From Candidatus Poribacteria bacterium (GTDB lineage: Bacteria > Poribacteria > WGA-4E > WGA-3G): a stretch of 64,000 nt of DNA. Location of the stretch: the NCBI GenBank assembly GCA_965197475.1, contig CBDANF010000002.1:1024001-1088000 (forward strand), in the 5' to 3' direction. The notes under the pieces were generated by a model. The model did not search any database. It saw nothing but the letters and a program-made list of their open reading frames with translations, and was not told where the DNA came from. Shown in pieces: positions 18,499 to 28,176 of this stretch. The translations under genes were made by a program, and so were the position numbers. Each line of letters starts with the position of its first letter. Position 1 is the stretch's first letter.

Positions 18499-18813
18499 CT
18501 ATTCCAAATCGGTTTGTACTTTTATCTCCTCATCTTCTACGACAACTGGGTAAGTCCTAATCCGTAGACGCGGATCAGTATTACATTCACCCGTTTTTGT
18601 ATTATAGGCGTATCCGTGAACGGGACACACAACAGTCCCGTTTCGTATCCGTCCTCGACCAAGTGAACCCATTGCATGTGGACAAGTGTTATCCACAGCA
18701 CAGAACTTACCGTTTTCATTCAAGATAGCGATCCGCCTTCCGTTGACAGTAAAAGATTTTCCGCGTCCTTCTTTAATCGCAGAAGTTTTTGTGACCTTTG
18801 TATATTCAGACAT
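18499..18813 (-). CDS. Rieske (2Fe-2S) ferredoxin, NirD-like
   Basis: NTCPH...VCPVHG. Confidence 0.92.
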   Translation of the reverse strand: MSEYTKVTKTSAIKEGRGKSFTVNGRRIAILNENGKFCAVDNTCPHAMGSLGRGRIRNGTVVCPVHGYAYNTKTGECNTDPRLRIRTYPVVVEDEEIKVQTDLE

Positions 18814-18818
18814 TGTGT

Positions 18819-20540
18819 TTACTCCTTAACACCGCCAAGGGTAATACCTTGTACAAATTCGCGTTGCATTGCTAAAAAGAGCACTACGATCGGCAGCAGC
18901 GACAGCAGTGTTCCTGCCATTAACATCCCGTATTCTTGCCGATAGACACCAACAAGATTTGCTAAGCCGATGGGTAGGGTATATTTTGCTTCATCGCGTA
19001 AAACGATGAGCGGCCAGAGATACCCGTTCCACGAGCTCAAAAAGGAATAGATTGTCAATGCGCCAAGTGCCGGTTTGATGATAGGCAGCACAATCCGATA
19101 GTAGATTCCGAATTCGGAACAGCCGTCAATTCGTGCTGCATCAAGTAATTCTGATGGAATAGTGACAATAAATTGACGCATCAGAAATACGCCAAATGCA
19201 CTCACAGAGAATGGGATTATAATCGCTTTGTAACTATTGAGCCAACCAATATCGTACATCAATCCAAACAACGGAACGAGCAATACCTGAAACGGTATCA
19301 TCATGGAAGCAAGCAGGATACCGAACAGGATTGTCTTACCGCGAAACTGATATTTCGCAAATGCATAACCACCGAGTGAACAGAAAAACAGGGTGAGCAG
19401 CGTTGACGCAGTCGCGATGAAAACGCTGTTGACAAAATACCGATTATACGGCACTGCTTTCCATAAATTTCGATAGTTAGAGGTTAGCTTATCCCATACA
19501 ATTGATAGGTAAGATGGACGGTGGATAGTTAATTGTAGCAACAACCTGTTTTCCGTGTCTGGTAGAGGTACTTCACTCTTTAACAATTCCTGCTTTGAAA
19601 CAAATTGCTGCATCGGAATGTGTGATGATTCTAACTCACCGGGAATACCGTGTAACCGCCATATAGTATTCTCTGGTAGAGCAGTGTTCAGAACAAAAGG
19701 ATGGGTTGGTTGGTATGTAGTGCCATTCACATAAACAGTTAAAGAAAGGTGATGGAACGATGCGTCACCACGGACAGGCAGTATAATGCGGCGGATGCGA
19801 TCTCTCGGAATAGGGGACGAAATAGCAGTAGACAAACGCACATTCTTTTCGTCTTGGATGTTGTAAGATAGCGCGGTGATATGTTCTGGACCGTCAGACT
19901 CGTTCGGAATATCAAACTCGAAAACCTGTTTTAGGGTGTCGGAATCGGCATCCCATTTTACGGATTTAATTGGCATTCGGTTGAACTCTAAATCCTCTAT
20001 TTCAATAGTACCTAAGGTGACTTGGCGAAAAACGGAAGCCCAGATCGTTTCAATTGTTTCAGGAATAATAGCACTGTCGACTTGATTGACGATAGACTCT
20101 GCTGTGTTACTCCAGACTGCAGGTGATAGTGTCGCAACGTGTTGCTGCCAGACACCTTTTGTCATTTCAGTTTGTAAATCTTCAGATAGGACAGAAGTTG
20201 CAAGTTGCGGATTTCCGGCGATGTGTTCCTGCACATTTTTCCAAATTACTTTCTCTAACTCAGGTTGGAGTGCCTGCCACGTTTCTGCGTCTACTGATGT
20301 AGGCTTTTTAATTTTGGGATAGGCATCGGTGACGATGTGGGGTGAAGAAGTTATAAGCGGCGGAAGTTTGGGAAACCACTGAATCGGGGCAGCAAAGACT
20401 TCATCTGCAGTTTTGAAAGATGAACTTAATAACCATAATAACGGAACCATTGTGCAAAAAGCAGCAACAACCAGCAGCGGATACCCGATACCGATGAAAA
20501 TTTTTCTTTGATAACGTCGGTGTTTATTGCTTCGGTTCAT
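18819..20540 (-). CDS. Carbohydrate ABC transporter permease (MalG type) with large extracytoplasmic insertion
   Basis: LLSSSFK, FVNSVFIA, ELLDAARIDG EAA loop, SWNGYLWP; about 300 aa inserted after TM1. Confidence 0.9.
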   Translation of the reverse strand: MNRSNKHRRYQRKIFIGIGYPLLVVAAFCTMVPLLWLLSSSFKTADEVFAAPIQWFPKLPPLITSSPHIVTDAYPKIKKPTSVDAETWQALQPELEKVIWKNVQEHIAGNPQLATSVLSEDLQTEMTKGVWQQHVATLSPAVWSNTAESIVNQVDSAIIPETIETIWASVFRQVTLGTIEIEDLEFNRMPIKSVKWDADSDTLKQVFEFDIPNESDGPEHITALSYNIQDEKNVRLSTAISSPIPRDRIRRIILPVRGDASFHHLSLTVYVNGTTYQPTHPFVLNTALPENTIWRLHGIPGELESSHIPMQQFVSKQELLKSEVPLPDTENRLLLQLTIHRPSYLSIVWDKLTSNYRNLWKAVPYNRYFVNSVFIATASTLLTLFFCSLGGYAFAKYQFRGKTILFGILLASMMIPFQVLLVPLFGLMYDIGWLNSYKAIIIPFSVSAFGVFLMRQFIVTIPSELLDAARIDGCSEFGIYYRIVLPIIKPALGALTIYSFLSSWNGYLWPLIVLRDEAKYTLPIGLANLVGVYRQEYGMLMAGTLLSLLPIVVLFLAMQREFVQGITLGGVKE

Positions 20541-21417
20541 CTGTTTCCTTATCCAACTCGCTCAGCTCAACTGCGCGGGCACGTTGAATATCATCCTGAT
20601 ATTTGAAGACACAACCCAGCGTTTCAGCAACAATATCCGCATCCAATTGTGTTTTTCCCAGTGCCAAAATCGCTAAACCCCAATCTAATGTTTCGGCAAT
20701 CCCAGGTTTTTTATAGAAGTCTCCTTCCCGCCAAAGTTGCATCATACGACATAGCTGCTGTGCAAGATGTTCATTGAGTTGTGGCAGCTTTGTCTGAACA
20801 ATCGCCAATTCTTTCTCAACAGTTGGATAGTCTATCCATTGATAGAGACAACGGCGTTTGAGAGCTTCGTGTACCTCTCGCGTGCGGTTTGACGTTAACA
20901 CAACGTAGGGGATCTGTTTTGCACGGATCGTGCCAATTTCAGGTATCGTAATTTGGAAGTCAGACAGGATTTCAAGCAAAAAAGCCTCAAATTCACTATC
21001 GCTCCGATCAACCTCATCAATAAGTAAAACAGGCGGTACATCTCCATCCTCTCGGATCGCTTCAAGCAGTGGTCGTTTTAACAAGAATTTTTCGCTGAAC
21101 AGATCCGTTCCGATCTCTTTTTTATCGCGTCCTTGTGCTTCATCAATTCGAAGTTGCAAAATTTGCCGTGTATAATTCCATTCATATAGTGCGCTGTTTA
21201 CGTCTAAACCTTCATAACACTGCAACCGAATTAATTTTGCACCAGTTGCATCTGCAAGCACTTTGGCAACCTCAGTTTTTCCGACACCCGGTTCGCCTTC
21301 CAAAAAAATCGGTTTTTTAAGATGGTGTGCAAGATAAAGCGTTGTTGCCAATCCCTTATCTGCAATATATGCCTGTTTCTCACATAAAGCCTGGACATTT
21401 TCAATTGATTCAAACAT
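20524..21417 (-). CDS. MoxR-family AAA+ ATPase (CoxD-like)
   Basis: GEPGVGKT, RLQCYEGLD, LLIDEVD, LTSNRTRE, ALKRRC. Confidence 0.92.
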   Translation of the reverse strand: MFESIENVQALCEKQAYIADKGLATTLYLAHHLKKPIFLEGEPGVGKTEVAKVLADATGAKLIRLQCYEGLDVNSALYEWNYTRQILQLRIDEAQGRDKKEIGTDLFSEKFLLKRPLLEAIREDGDVPPVLLIDEVDRSDSEFEAFLLEILSDFQITIPEIGTIRAKQIPYVVLTSNRTREVHEALKRRCLYQWIDYPTVEKELAIVQTKLPQLNEHLAQQLCRMMQLWREGDFYKKPGIAETLDWGLAILALGKTQLDADIVAETLGCVFKYQDDIQRARAVELSELDKETDEPKQ

Positions 21418-21441
21418 AAGGTGAGGTAAAACGAATTTTAA

Positions 21442-22083
21442 TCAGGTTTTTTTATCGGCATACCGAAGAGCGCGTTCATAATCTTTGGGTTCATCAATAT
21501 CCCGTAGTACATCATCAGTGTCCACAGTGACGTAATGAATATCGTCGCTATTGGATTTAAAAAGCGTTCGGACACCACCACTTTCCGCATCTAATTTTAA
21601 GATGTCATCGGCATACCGATGATGGAAAATGACAGGATGTCCGCGTTGATAATTATAACTCGGTAGAACAATACCTTTATCAGTTTGTGTGTAAGTATCA
21701 ATTGCCTTATCAATCAACGTAGATGTAATAAAGGGCTGATCAACCAACATGAGTGAGAATGCATCTCTTTCAGATTTATTCCTTGCGTTTGCATAGTCGC
21801 GTGAACGAATACCTGCTTGTGCAGAGGTTAACATCCCTTCACGATAGTCGGGATTATAAACGATTTTAACCGGACGTTCACCTAGTATATCTCTAATCTG
21901 CTCAGCACAGTGCCCAACAACGACTATAACCTCGCTAAACTTAGCATCAAGCATATTGTCAACCACAGTTTCAACGATTGTGCTTTTCCCAAAAGGAAGC
22001 AGCTGTTTCGGTTGCCCCATACGTGTTGAAAGTCCCGCAGCAAGCAGTATTCCTGATATAAATGGTAGCGGCGTGTCCATCAT
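21442..22083 (-). CDS. mocA: Molybdenum cofactor cytidylyltransferase-like NTP transferase
   Basis: LAAGLSTRMGQPKQLL, NPDYREGMLTS, LVDQP, GHPVIF, DID. Confidence 0.85.
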   Translation of the reverse strand: MMDTPLPFISGILLAAGLSTRMGQPKQLLPFGKSTIVETVVDNMLDAKFSEVIVVVGHCAEQIRDILGERPVKIVYNPDYREGMLTSAQAGIRSRDYANARNKSERDAFSLMLVDQPFITSTLIDKAIDTYTQTDKGIVLPSYNYQRGHPVIFHHRYADDILKLDAESGGVRTLFKSNSDDIHYVTVDTDDVLRDIDEPKDYERALRYADKKT

Positions 22084-22086
22084 ATC

Positions 22087-23043
22087 TCAATACCGGTCGA
22101 AAGATTTATATTCACCGGTGAAGGCGCGTTCCTCGATTTTTACGTCGTCTACCCTTGAAGTGGGTGGACCTTGTCGCAGTTTTTTAACCAATGCGTTTAG
22201 CTGTAGTTTGTCACCTTCCGCGACGACTTCTACCTTACCATTCGCTAAATTCTTAGCATAACCGTTAATTCCGAGCTGTTTTGCATTGTTTCGCGTGAAA
22301 TTGCGGAAATTGACTCTTTGCACCTTTCCACTGATTAACACATATAGTTGCATCTTTCGGTTAACCTCAATAATAAGTTTGACGGGAGTTCCAAGTTCTG
22401 GCAATAAATCGTCATTCTTTTTATATAAATTTTCTTCTACTGATTCAGGAAGCGGATTTTGAAAGAGCGCACTTCCATCAGTTTGCTTCAATGCGACAAT
22501 GTGGTTAGACATATACGCATGAGGTATCATTGCATCCTCGTCATCACTATCTAAGTCTGGAATTACCCTTGAACCGGAATAGATCCACGCGACAGGTGGC
22601 ATCGGCTTTTTGGTTTTGACGTTGTAAATCAATTCTTCAGCGCGCACCTTTTTCGTTTTTCCATCCTCTTCCCATTCAACAGAAAGAAGGAACGTGGTTC
22701 CGGTTGGTGGAATATCTGCACCTTTTTCGTCGTCGTAGTCTGGCGGGGTGCCGGGTTTAACGCCAAGTTTCTCCACCGCTTCGTAAACATCCTTCGCTGA
22801 TGCATCAACAGCGATGATACTTTCATATAGCTTGCCAGTAGGTCCACAAGCAAGATATTCAACTGCACCTTTCAGGTGAGAATCGTATTCACCGAGTGCT
22901 TTGGATATTTGTCCCTTTAAAACGATTTTCTTCTCTTTCTCCATAATCTGAAGATGACCGTCTGCCCAAGCAATGTTAAATATAGCGAAAATGCATAAGC
23001 CTAAGCAGACGATTATTGCGGCTATGTAACTAAGAAATTTCAT
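22087..23043 (-). CDS. YdjY-like exported domain fused to acylphosphatase
   Basis: Signal peptide; VEYLAC..KLYES, WIYSGS, LPELGTPV; C-terminal ISGKVQRVNFR..GYAKNLANGKVEVVAEG. Confidence 0.75.
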   Translation of the reverse strand: MKFLSYIAAIIVCLGLCIFAIFNIAWADGHLQIMEKEKKIVLKGQISKALGEYDSHLKGAVEYLACGPTGKLYESIIAVDASAKDVYEAVEKLGVKPGTPPDYDDEKGADIPPTGTTFLLSVEWEEDGKTKKVRAEELIYNVKTKKPMPPVAWIYSGSRVIPDLDSDDEDAMIPHAYMSNHIVALKQTDGSALFQNPLPESVEENLYKKNDDLLPELGTPVKLIIEVNRKMQLYVLISGKVQRVNFRNFTRNNAKQLGINGYAKNLANGKVEVVAEGDKLQLNALVKKLRQGPPTSRVDDVKIEERAFTGEYKSFDRY

Positions 23044-23063
23044 AAGAGAACTCCTTTGATATT

Positions 23064-23162
23064 CAGAATTTACGCAAATTGCAGTAAGCGCGCTTCCACA
23101 AGTGGCTATTGAAAAACACGCCTACCAATAAATTGTTTATTGATAAAATTGTGTAAGTCCTA
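23064..23162. mobile_element. MITE with IS701-type ends
   Basis: cagaatttacgca ... tgtgtaagtccta resemble the TIRs of the IS at 50789; 5-bp duplication ATATT on both sides. Confidence 0.7.
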
Positions 23163-23179
23163 ATATTCCGGCAGTGTTT

Positions 23180-24034
23180 TTAGAAAGTATAACTTAACCC
23201 GTTAAAAATTTCCAGATCATGTTTTCGGATGCCGATTGGTGGTTCGCTATCATAGCGGAAATTCAAGCGAAATGGAAATGCCAGTTTCGTTGTCAAACGG
23301 AACAGAATGCTACCCTCAAACAAGATGCGATAATCTGTCACACGCCTCACATGCACCTGATAATACCCTGTCGCACTTGTAGATATACGTTCATCAAGTT
23401 GCGCTGTCCAATTGACATAGTTCGTTGAGCGGACAATACGGGTTGTCACTTCGCCTATCGTTTTGTCATTAATGCGTTCGTGTTCCCACATTGCACCAGT
23501 GCCTAAATAAAGGTTAAATCGTGATTTGGATGAACGTGCAGCGAAGCGGACACCTCCACCTACTAAATTTCGGTCATTAAGCAGAATTGATTCGTTGAAT
23601 TGTTTCTGGACGAAGGCTTCAATCAATATGTGATTTGTAAGATTTCGGGTAATACGTCCGTGCGCTATGCCCTTGTTAGTAAAAAACACACCGTTTTTTC
23701 TACCTTGCTGAAGACTTCCGAAAATAAATCCATGATACGTTTTTGAAAGGTAATCAGAACGGAATCGGGTTCTCAGCGTGAGCAGTTCAGTGTTTCCAGT
23801 GCGGTATGCTACATCAAGGTTGACGTTGTTATACCATCCCGGTTCCAACTGCATCTGCTTCATCGTTTCACCAGTGAAAATGTTAACTTGTGCTGCAAGT
23901 GGGAAACAGGTAAATAAGAAGATAACGAGGTATATCAGAGCAGCGCGGAATTTGAATTGAGAAATTGGACAAATTAGTTGTTTGCAGGTAAAATAGTGTT
24001 GTTTCTTTAGCATATCAAAATGGAATTTAAACAA
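23180..24034 (-). CDS. DUF481-like outer-membrane beta-barrel protein (true start probably further downstream)
   Basis: YRTGNTE, amphipathic strands, terminal aromatic GLSYTF. Confidence 0.75.
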   Translation of the reverse strand: MFKFHFDMLKKQHYFTCKQLICPISQFKFRAALIYLVIFLFTCFPLAAQVNIFTGETMKQMQLEPGWYNNVNLDVAYRTGNTELLTLRTRFRSDYLSKTYHGFIFGSLQQGRKNGVFFTNKGIAHGRITRNLTNHILIEAFVQKQFNESILLNDRNLVGGGVRFAARSSKSRFNLYLGTGAMWEHERINDKTIGEVTTRIVRSTNYVNWTAQLDERISTSATGYYQVHVRRVTDYRILFEGSILFRLTTKLAFPFRLNFRYDSEPPIGIRKHDLEIFNGLSYTF

Positions 24035-24999
24035 TGCAACGAATCCTTATAGATACAGATCCTGGTGTAGACGACGCGCTGGCGATCCTCCTCGCGATGA
24101 AATCGCCGGAATTACGTGTGGAGGCAATAACAACCGTCAGTGGTAACGTGCACGTTGAACAAGCAACACAGAATCTATTGACGATTTTAGATCTACTTGA
24201 ATTATCTGAAGTGCCTATCATTGCAAAAGGCGAAGCACAACCGCTTATAAAACCACTTGTAATGGCAGAACACGTCCACGGTGAGGATGGGTTAGGTAAT
24301 ATCCGCAAGTTGCACAATCCCAATGGAAGTCCGCGTTATATTCCAGCAAACTGTGAAATTTCAAAGTGGTCCGGTGTTGACTTAATACTTGAGATGGTTG
24401 ATCGATATCCTGATGAGTTAGTTATAGTCGCTTTGGGACCTTTAACAAACATTTCAAGGGCAATCCAGAATGACCCCAAACGCATGCAAAAACTTCGGAG
24501 CATCGTCTTGATGGGTGGTGTCTTTAGCGAATACGGTAACGTTACAACAACTGCAGAGTTTAATATCTTTGTTGACCCACATGCTGCACATGAGGTCTTC
24601 AATTCCGGTGTCCGTGTTCACATCGCACCGTTGGATGTGACGCATCAAGTTGCCTTAACAGGTGAACGACTGGATGCAGAAATTGAAGAACGAAGCGATA
24701 AAATTTCCAGTTTTCTAAAAGAATCCACACAAGCATGCATGGAATTTTATCGTGAACACGTGGGTTTCTACGGATTGCATATCCATGATGCGTTACCCAT
24801 CGGTATGTTGACACATCCAAACTTTTTTGAGAGCGTTGAGGCGTACGTACAGGTTGAAACCGAAGGCAATTTAACAAGCGGCATGACAGTTGCTGACCTG
24901 CGGCGTGAACGTCAAAAGACAATCCCGAACGCAAGTGTCTGTATCAAAGTAGATGCGGATGCGTTTTTGGACCACTTTTTTCAGCGGGTTCTCTCATAA
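24034..24999 (+). CDS. Inosine/uridine-preferring nucleoside hydrolase
   Basis: IDTDPGVDDALA, HGEDGLG, LGPLTN, AEFNIFVDP, HD. Confidence 0.95.
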   Translation: MQRILIDTDPGVDDALAILLAMKSPELRVEAITTVSGNVHVEQATQNLLTILDLLELSEVPIIAKGEAQPLIKPLVMAEHVHGEDGLGNIRKLHNPNGSPRYIPANCEISKWSGVDLILEMVDRYPDELVIVALGPLTNISRAIQNDPKRMQKLRSIVLMGGVFSEYGNVTTTAEFNIFVDPHAAHEVFNSGVRVHIAPLDVTHQVALTGERLDAEIEERSDKISSFLKESTQACMEFYREHVGFYGLHIHDALPIGMLTHPNFFESVEAYVQVETEGNLTSGMTVADLRRERQKTIPNASVCIKVDADAFLDHFFQRVLS

Positions 25000-25103
25000 T
25001 CAATCTAAATTCTCCAAATGCTTCCTATTTAGCCAACCTACAGCCTCGTTCTTCCCGACCTACGAAGAAACTCCAGGAACAGGAGAGGCGGAAGGTATGC
25101 AAC

Positions 25104-26982
25104 CTAATCCACATTATCAACCGTGAGATCCCACAACAACACAGTGCCGCCCCCACCTGCACTTACGATTGTTTTTCCATCTGGGCTAAACGACACGCTA
25201 TTGACCGAAAGCGTATGTCCCAATAGTGTGCGGATATGTGCGCCTGTGTTGGCGTGCCACAGACGGATGGTTCTGTCTCTACTGCCACTTACGATTGTTT
25301 TTCCATCCGGGCTAAACGATACGCCGAGCACCTCACCCGTATGCCCCGATAGTGTGCGGAGATGTGTGCCAGTGTGTGTGTGCCACAGACGGAGGGTTTC
25401 GTCCATGTCCATACTGCTACTTGCGATGATGTGTCCATCCGGGCTGAACGCGACGCTATTGACCCTATCCGTATGTCCCGATAGTGTGCGGATATGTGCG
25501 CCTGTGTCCACGTTCCACAGACGGAGGGTGCTGTCTCCACTTGCACTTACGATTATTTTTCCATCTGGGCTAAACGACACGCTTTCGACATAATCCGTAT
25601 GCCCCGATAGCGTGCGTATATGTGCGCCTGTGTCCACATCCCACAGACGGAGGGCATTGTCCACACTTCCACTTGCGATTGTTTTTCCATCTGGGCTAAA
25701 TGAGGCACTGGTGACCGAATCCGTATGTCCCGATAGCGTGTGGATATGGTCGCCTGTGTCCACGTTCCATAGACGGATGGTGTTGTCAAGACTTCCACTT
25801 GTGATTGTTTTTCCATCCGGGCTAAACGCGACGCTATAGACCCAATCCGTATGTCCCGATAGTGTGCGGATATGTTCGCCTGTGTGTGCGTTCCACAGAC
25901 GGAGGGTGCTGTCCCAACTTCCACTTGCGATTGTGGTGCCATCCGGGCTAAACGACACGCTATTGACCCCACGTATATGCTTTGATAGCGTGCGGAGATG
26001 GTCGCCTGTGTTGATGTCCCATAGACGGAGGGTGCTGTCATCACTTCCACTTGCGATTGTGGTGCCATCCGGGCTAAACGACACGCTTTCTACCCAATCC
26101 GTATGCCCCGATAGTGTGCGTATATGGTCGCCTGTGTCCACATCCCACAGACGGAGGGTGCTGTCATTACTTGCACTTACGATTGTTTTTCCATCCGGGC
26201 TAAACAACACGTTTCTGACCCCATCCGTATGCCCTGATAGCGTGCGGATGTGTTCGCCTGTGTGTGTGTGCCACAGACGGAGAGTGTTGTCATCACTTGC
26301 ACTTGCGACGATGTTTCCATCCGGGCTAAACGCGACGTTACTGACCCCAGCCGTATGTCCCGATAGCGTGCGGAGATGGTCGCCTGTGTTGGCATCCCAT
26401 AGATGGAGGGTGTTGTTGTCCCAACTTCCACTTGCAATTATGCTTCCATCCGGGCTAAACGCGACGCTATAGACCCAATCCTTATGCTCCGATAGCGTGC
26501 GGAGATGTTCGCCTGTGTGTGCGCTCCACAGACAGATGGTTCTGTCATCACTGCCACTTACGATTGTTTTTCCATCCGGGCTAAACGACACGCTATTGAC
26601 CCCAGCCGTATGTCCCGATAGTGTGCGGATATGTGCGCCTGTGTGTGCGTGCCACAGACGGATGGTTCTGTCTCTACTGCCACTTACGATTGTTTTTCCA
26701 TCCGGGCTAAACGACAACGCCGAGCACCTCACCCGTATGCCCCGAGTATAGGTCAAGTTCTTCACCTGTCTGTGTATTGTAGATCCAAATACCGATTGCG
26801 CTGGCAACCGCAAGCTTGGTGCCATCGGGAGAGTAAGCTATTTCGTTTATCCCACCTTTACCGAGCCGCATTTTTACACCTTCGGGTAAACCCCATTGAA
26901 TATAACCTTGGGCGAAGGTGCTTGGTGTGATTGTAAGTGCTATGAACAGTTTCATCAAAATTGAACACAACATGTTTTTCAT
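25104..26982 (-). pseudogene. WD40-repeat protein, frameshifted near 26715
   Basis: N-terminal ORF (signal peptide, WGLPEGVKMRLGKG) joins the repeat ORF if one extra T is removed (ggcgttgtcgttt versus repeat consensus agcgtgtcgttt). Confidence 0.85.
25130..26745. repeat. About 13 tandem ~126-bp WD40-coding repeats, highly similar at DNA level
   Basis: Recurrent ccatccgggctaaacg..ccgtatgtcccgatagtgtgcgga..ccacagacgga. Confidence 0.92.
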
Positions 26983-27081
26983 GATTTTCTTATTCCTTCT
27001 GTTGGGCAGAAAACGGAGCTTCAAGACAAAATTATTTTTATGTTAGTTATACTCTACTATGTATTAGATTTAATGTCAATT

Positions 27082-27642
27082 ATGTTATCTGAACCAAGAT
27101 TTACAGGATTTCAGAATTGGTGTCTCTGTGGTAGACACAGCATCGCATTGCATTTACATTTTTTCTCGTGTGATACCACACTACTGCCTAATGCCTACAC
27201 AAGCAATTTGATGAGAATAATCTTGTAAATCCCGTAATCCTGTGAATCCTGGTTCAGACAAATGTAAGGACTTGTAGGTTGGGTAGAACGGATAGAACAG
27301 AGAAGCTAACACCTCAAAGATAGGTGTCTTTCAAATACGTTTTCTGCCACAGCACACCGAGTAAAACCCAACTCTTTTCCAGTGTGATTTCGGATATGTT
27401 GTGCGTTGAAGTTGGGTTTCGCTTCTGCCTTGCTAAAACGGACAGGGGTATTGTTTTGAAGTATGTTTGGGTTTCAACATAGCACTGCTCAGTCCCGCTC
27501 TACCCAACCTACGGCGTATATCGGGCTTACAAAGCACTCCAACAAGAAGACGTAAGAGGCACCATGAATTGCGCGACTACAAACATTCATTTTCTTAAAT
27601 TGACGGCTATGTGGGTTTCGCTGCACTCTACCCAACCCACGA
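27082..27642. repeat. Intergenic cluster of nested REP-like palindromic repeats
   Basis: tctgaaccaagattt..aatcctggttcaga; gtaggttgggtaga..ctctacccaacctac; cttaaattgac..gggtttcgctgcactctacccaacc. Confidence 0.7.
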
Positions 27643-27647
27643 CTTTT

Positions 27648-28169
27648 TTATTGTACCCCTATCAAGTGCCTCGGAATGCGGCGTAGGTCAGCATGTGGAT
27701 TAGGTTGTAACATCCGTGGTATCTCTAATTCAGGCATCTTGAGTTTTCCGAAGGCAACTCGTTGTTCAGGTGTTAACTCATCTGTGATTTCTCGTAGCAG
27801 TTTCTCAATTTCTTTGAGAAACATACTCCGTTGCAAAAGGAATTTTCGAGCTTTAGTTCGCATCTGGATGCGGGTTCGCTGCCGTTGCGTTGTGCCTAAT
27901 CCGCCATCGTAGCGATTAAGTTGCCTATCGCTTGCGAGGGCACGATATTCCCGCAAATCTGCCTCCAACTGCTGCTTCTCAAAATCGTAATCCTCAACAA
28001 TATCACGGATATGTTCCAGTTTAGGTTGAATTATCTGCTTCTGCTTATCGGTCAGTTGAAGTGCGGAACTGCTTTTCGGAATATCAATTAGGTTGATTCC
28101 ACCACACCCAACTATGAAACAGCAGAGGATAAAGATAGGGAAAAACTTTCGAAATGTCATACAAGTCAC
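27648..28169 (-). CDS. Hypothetical helical lipoprotein
   Basis: Lipobox-like IVGC; LQLTDKQ..ELTPEQR resembles Spy/CpxP LTxxQ motifs. Confidence 0.65.
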   Translation of the reverse strand: MTCMTFRKFFPIFILCCFIVGCGGINLIDIPKSSSALQLTDKQKQIIQPKLEHIRDIVEDYDFEKQQLEADLREYRALASDRQLNRYDGGLGTTQRQRTRIQMRTKARKFLLQRSMFLKEIEKLLREITDELTPEQRVAFGKLKMPELEIPRMLQPNPHADLRRIPRHLIGVQ

Positions 28170-28176
28170 CTGTTTT

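Noticed and set aside
25130-26745. Regular repeats as a CRISPR array
   Set aside because: The whole ~126-bp unit is repeated in frame and encodes WD40 blades; no unique spacers and no cas genes
25123-26930. Antisense and alternate-frame ORFs over the WD40 gene (and similar shadow ORFs across the window)
   Set aside because: Shadows of real genes or repeats, without motifs or RBS
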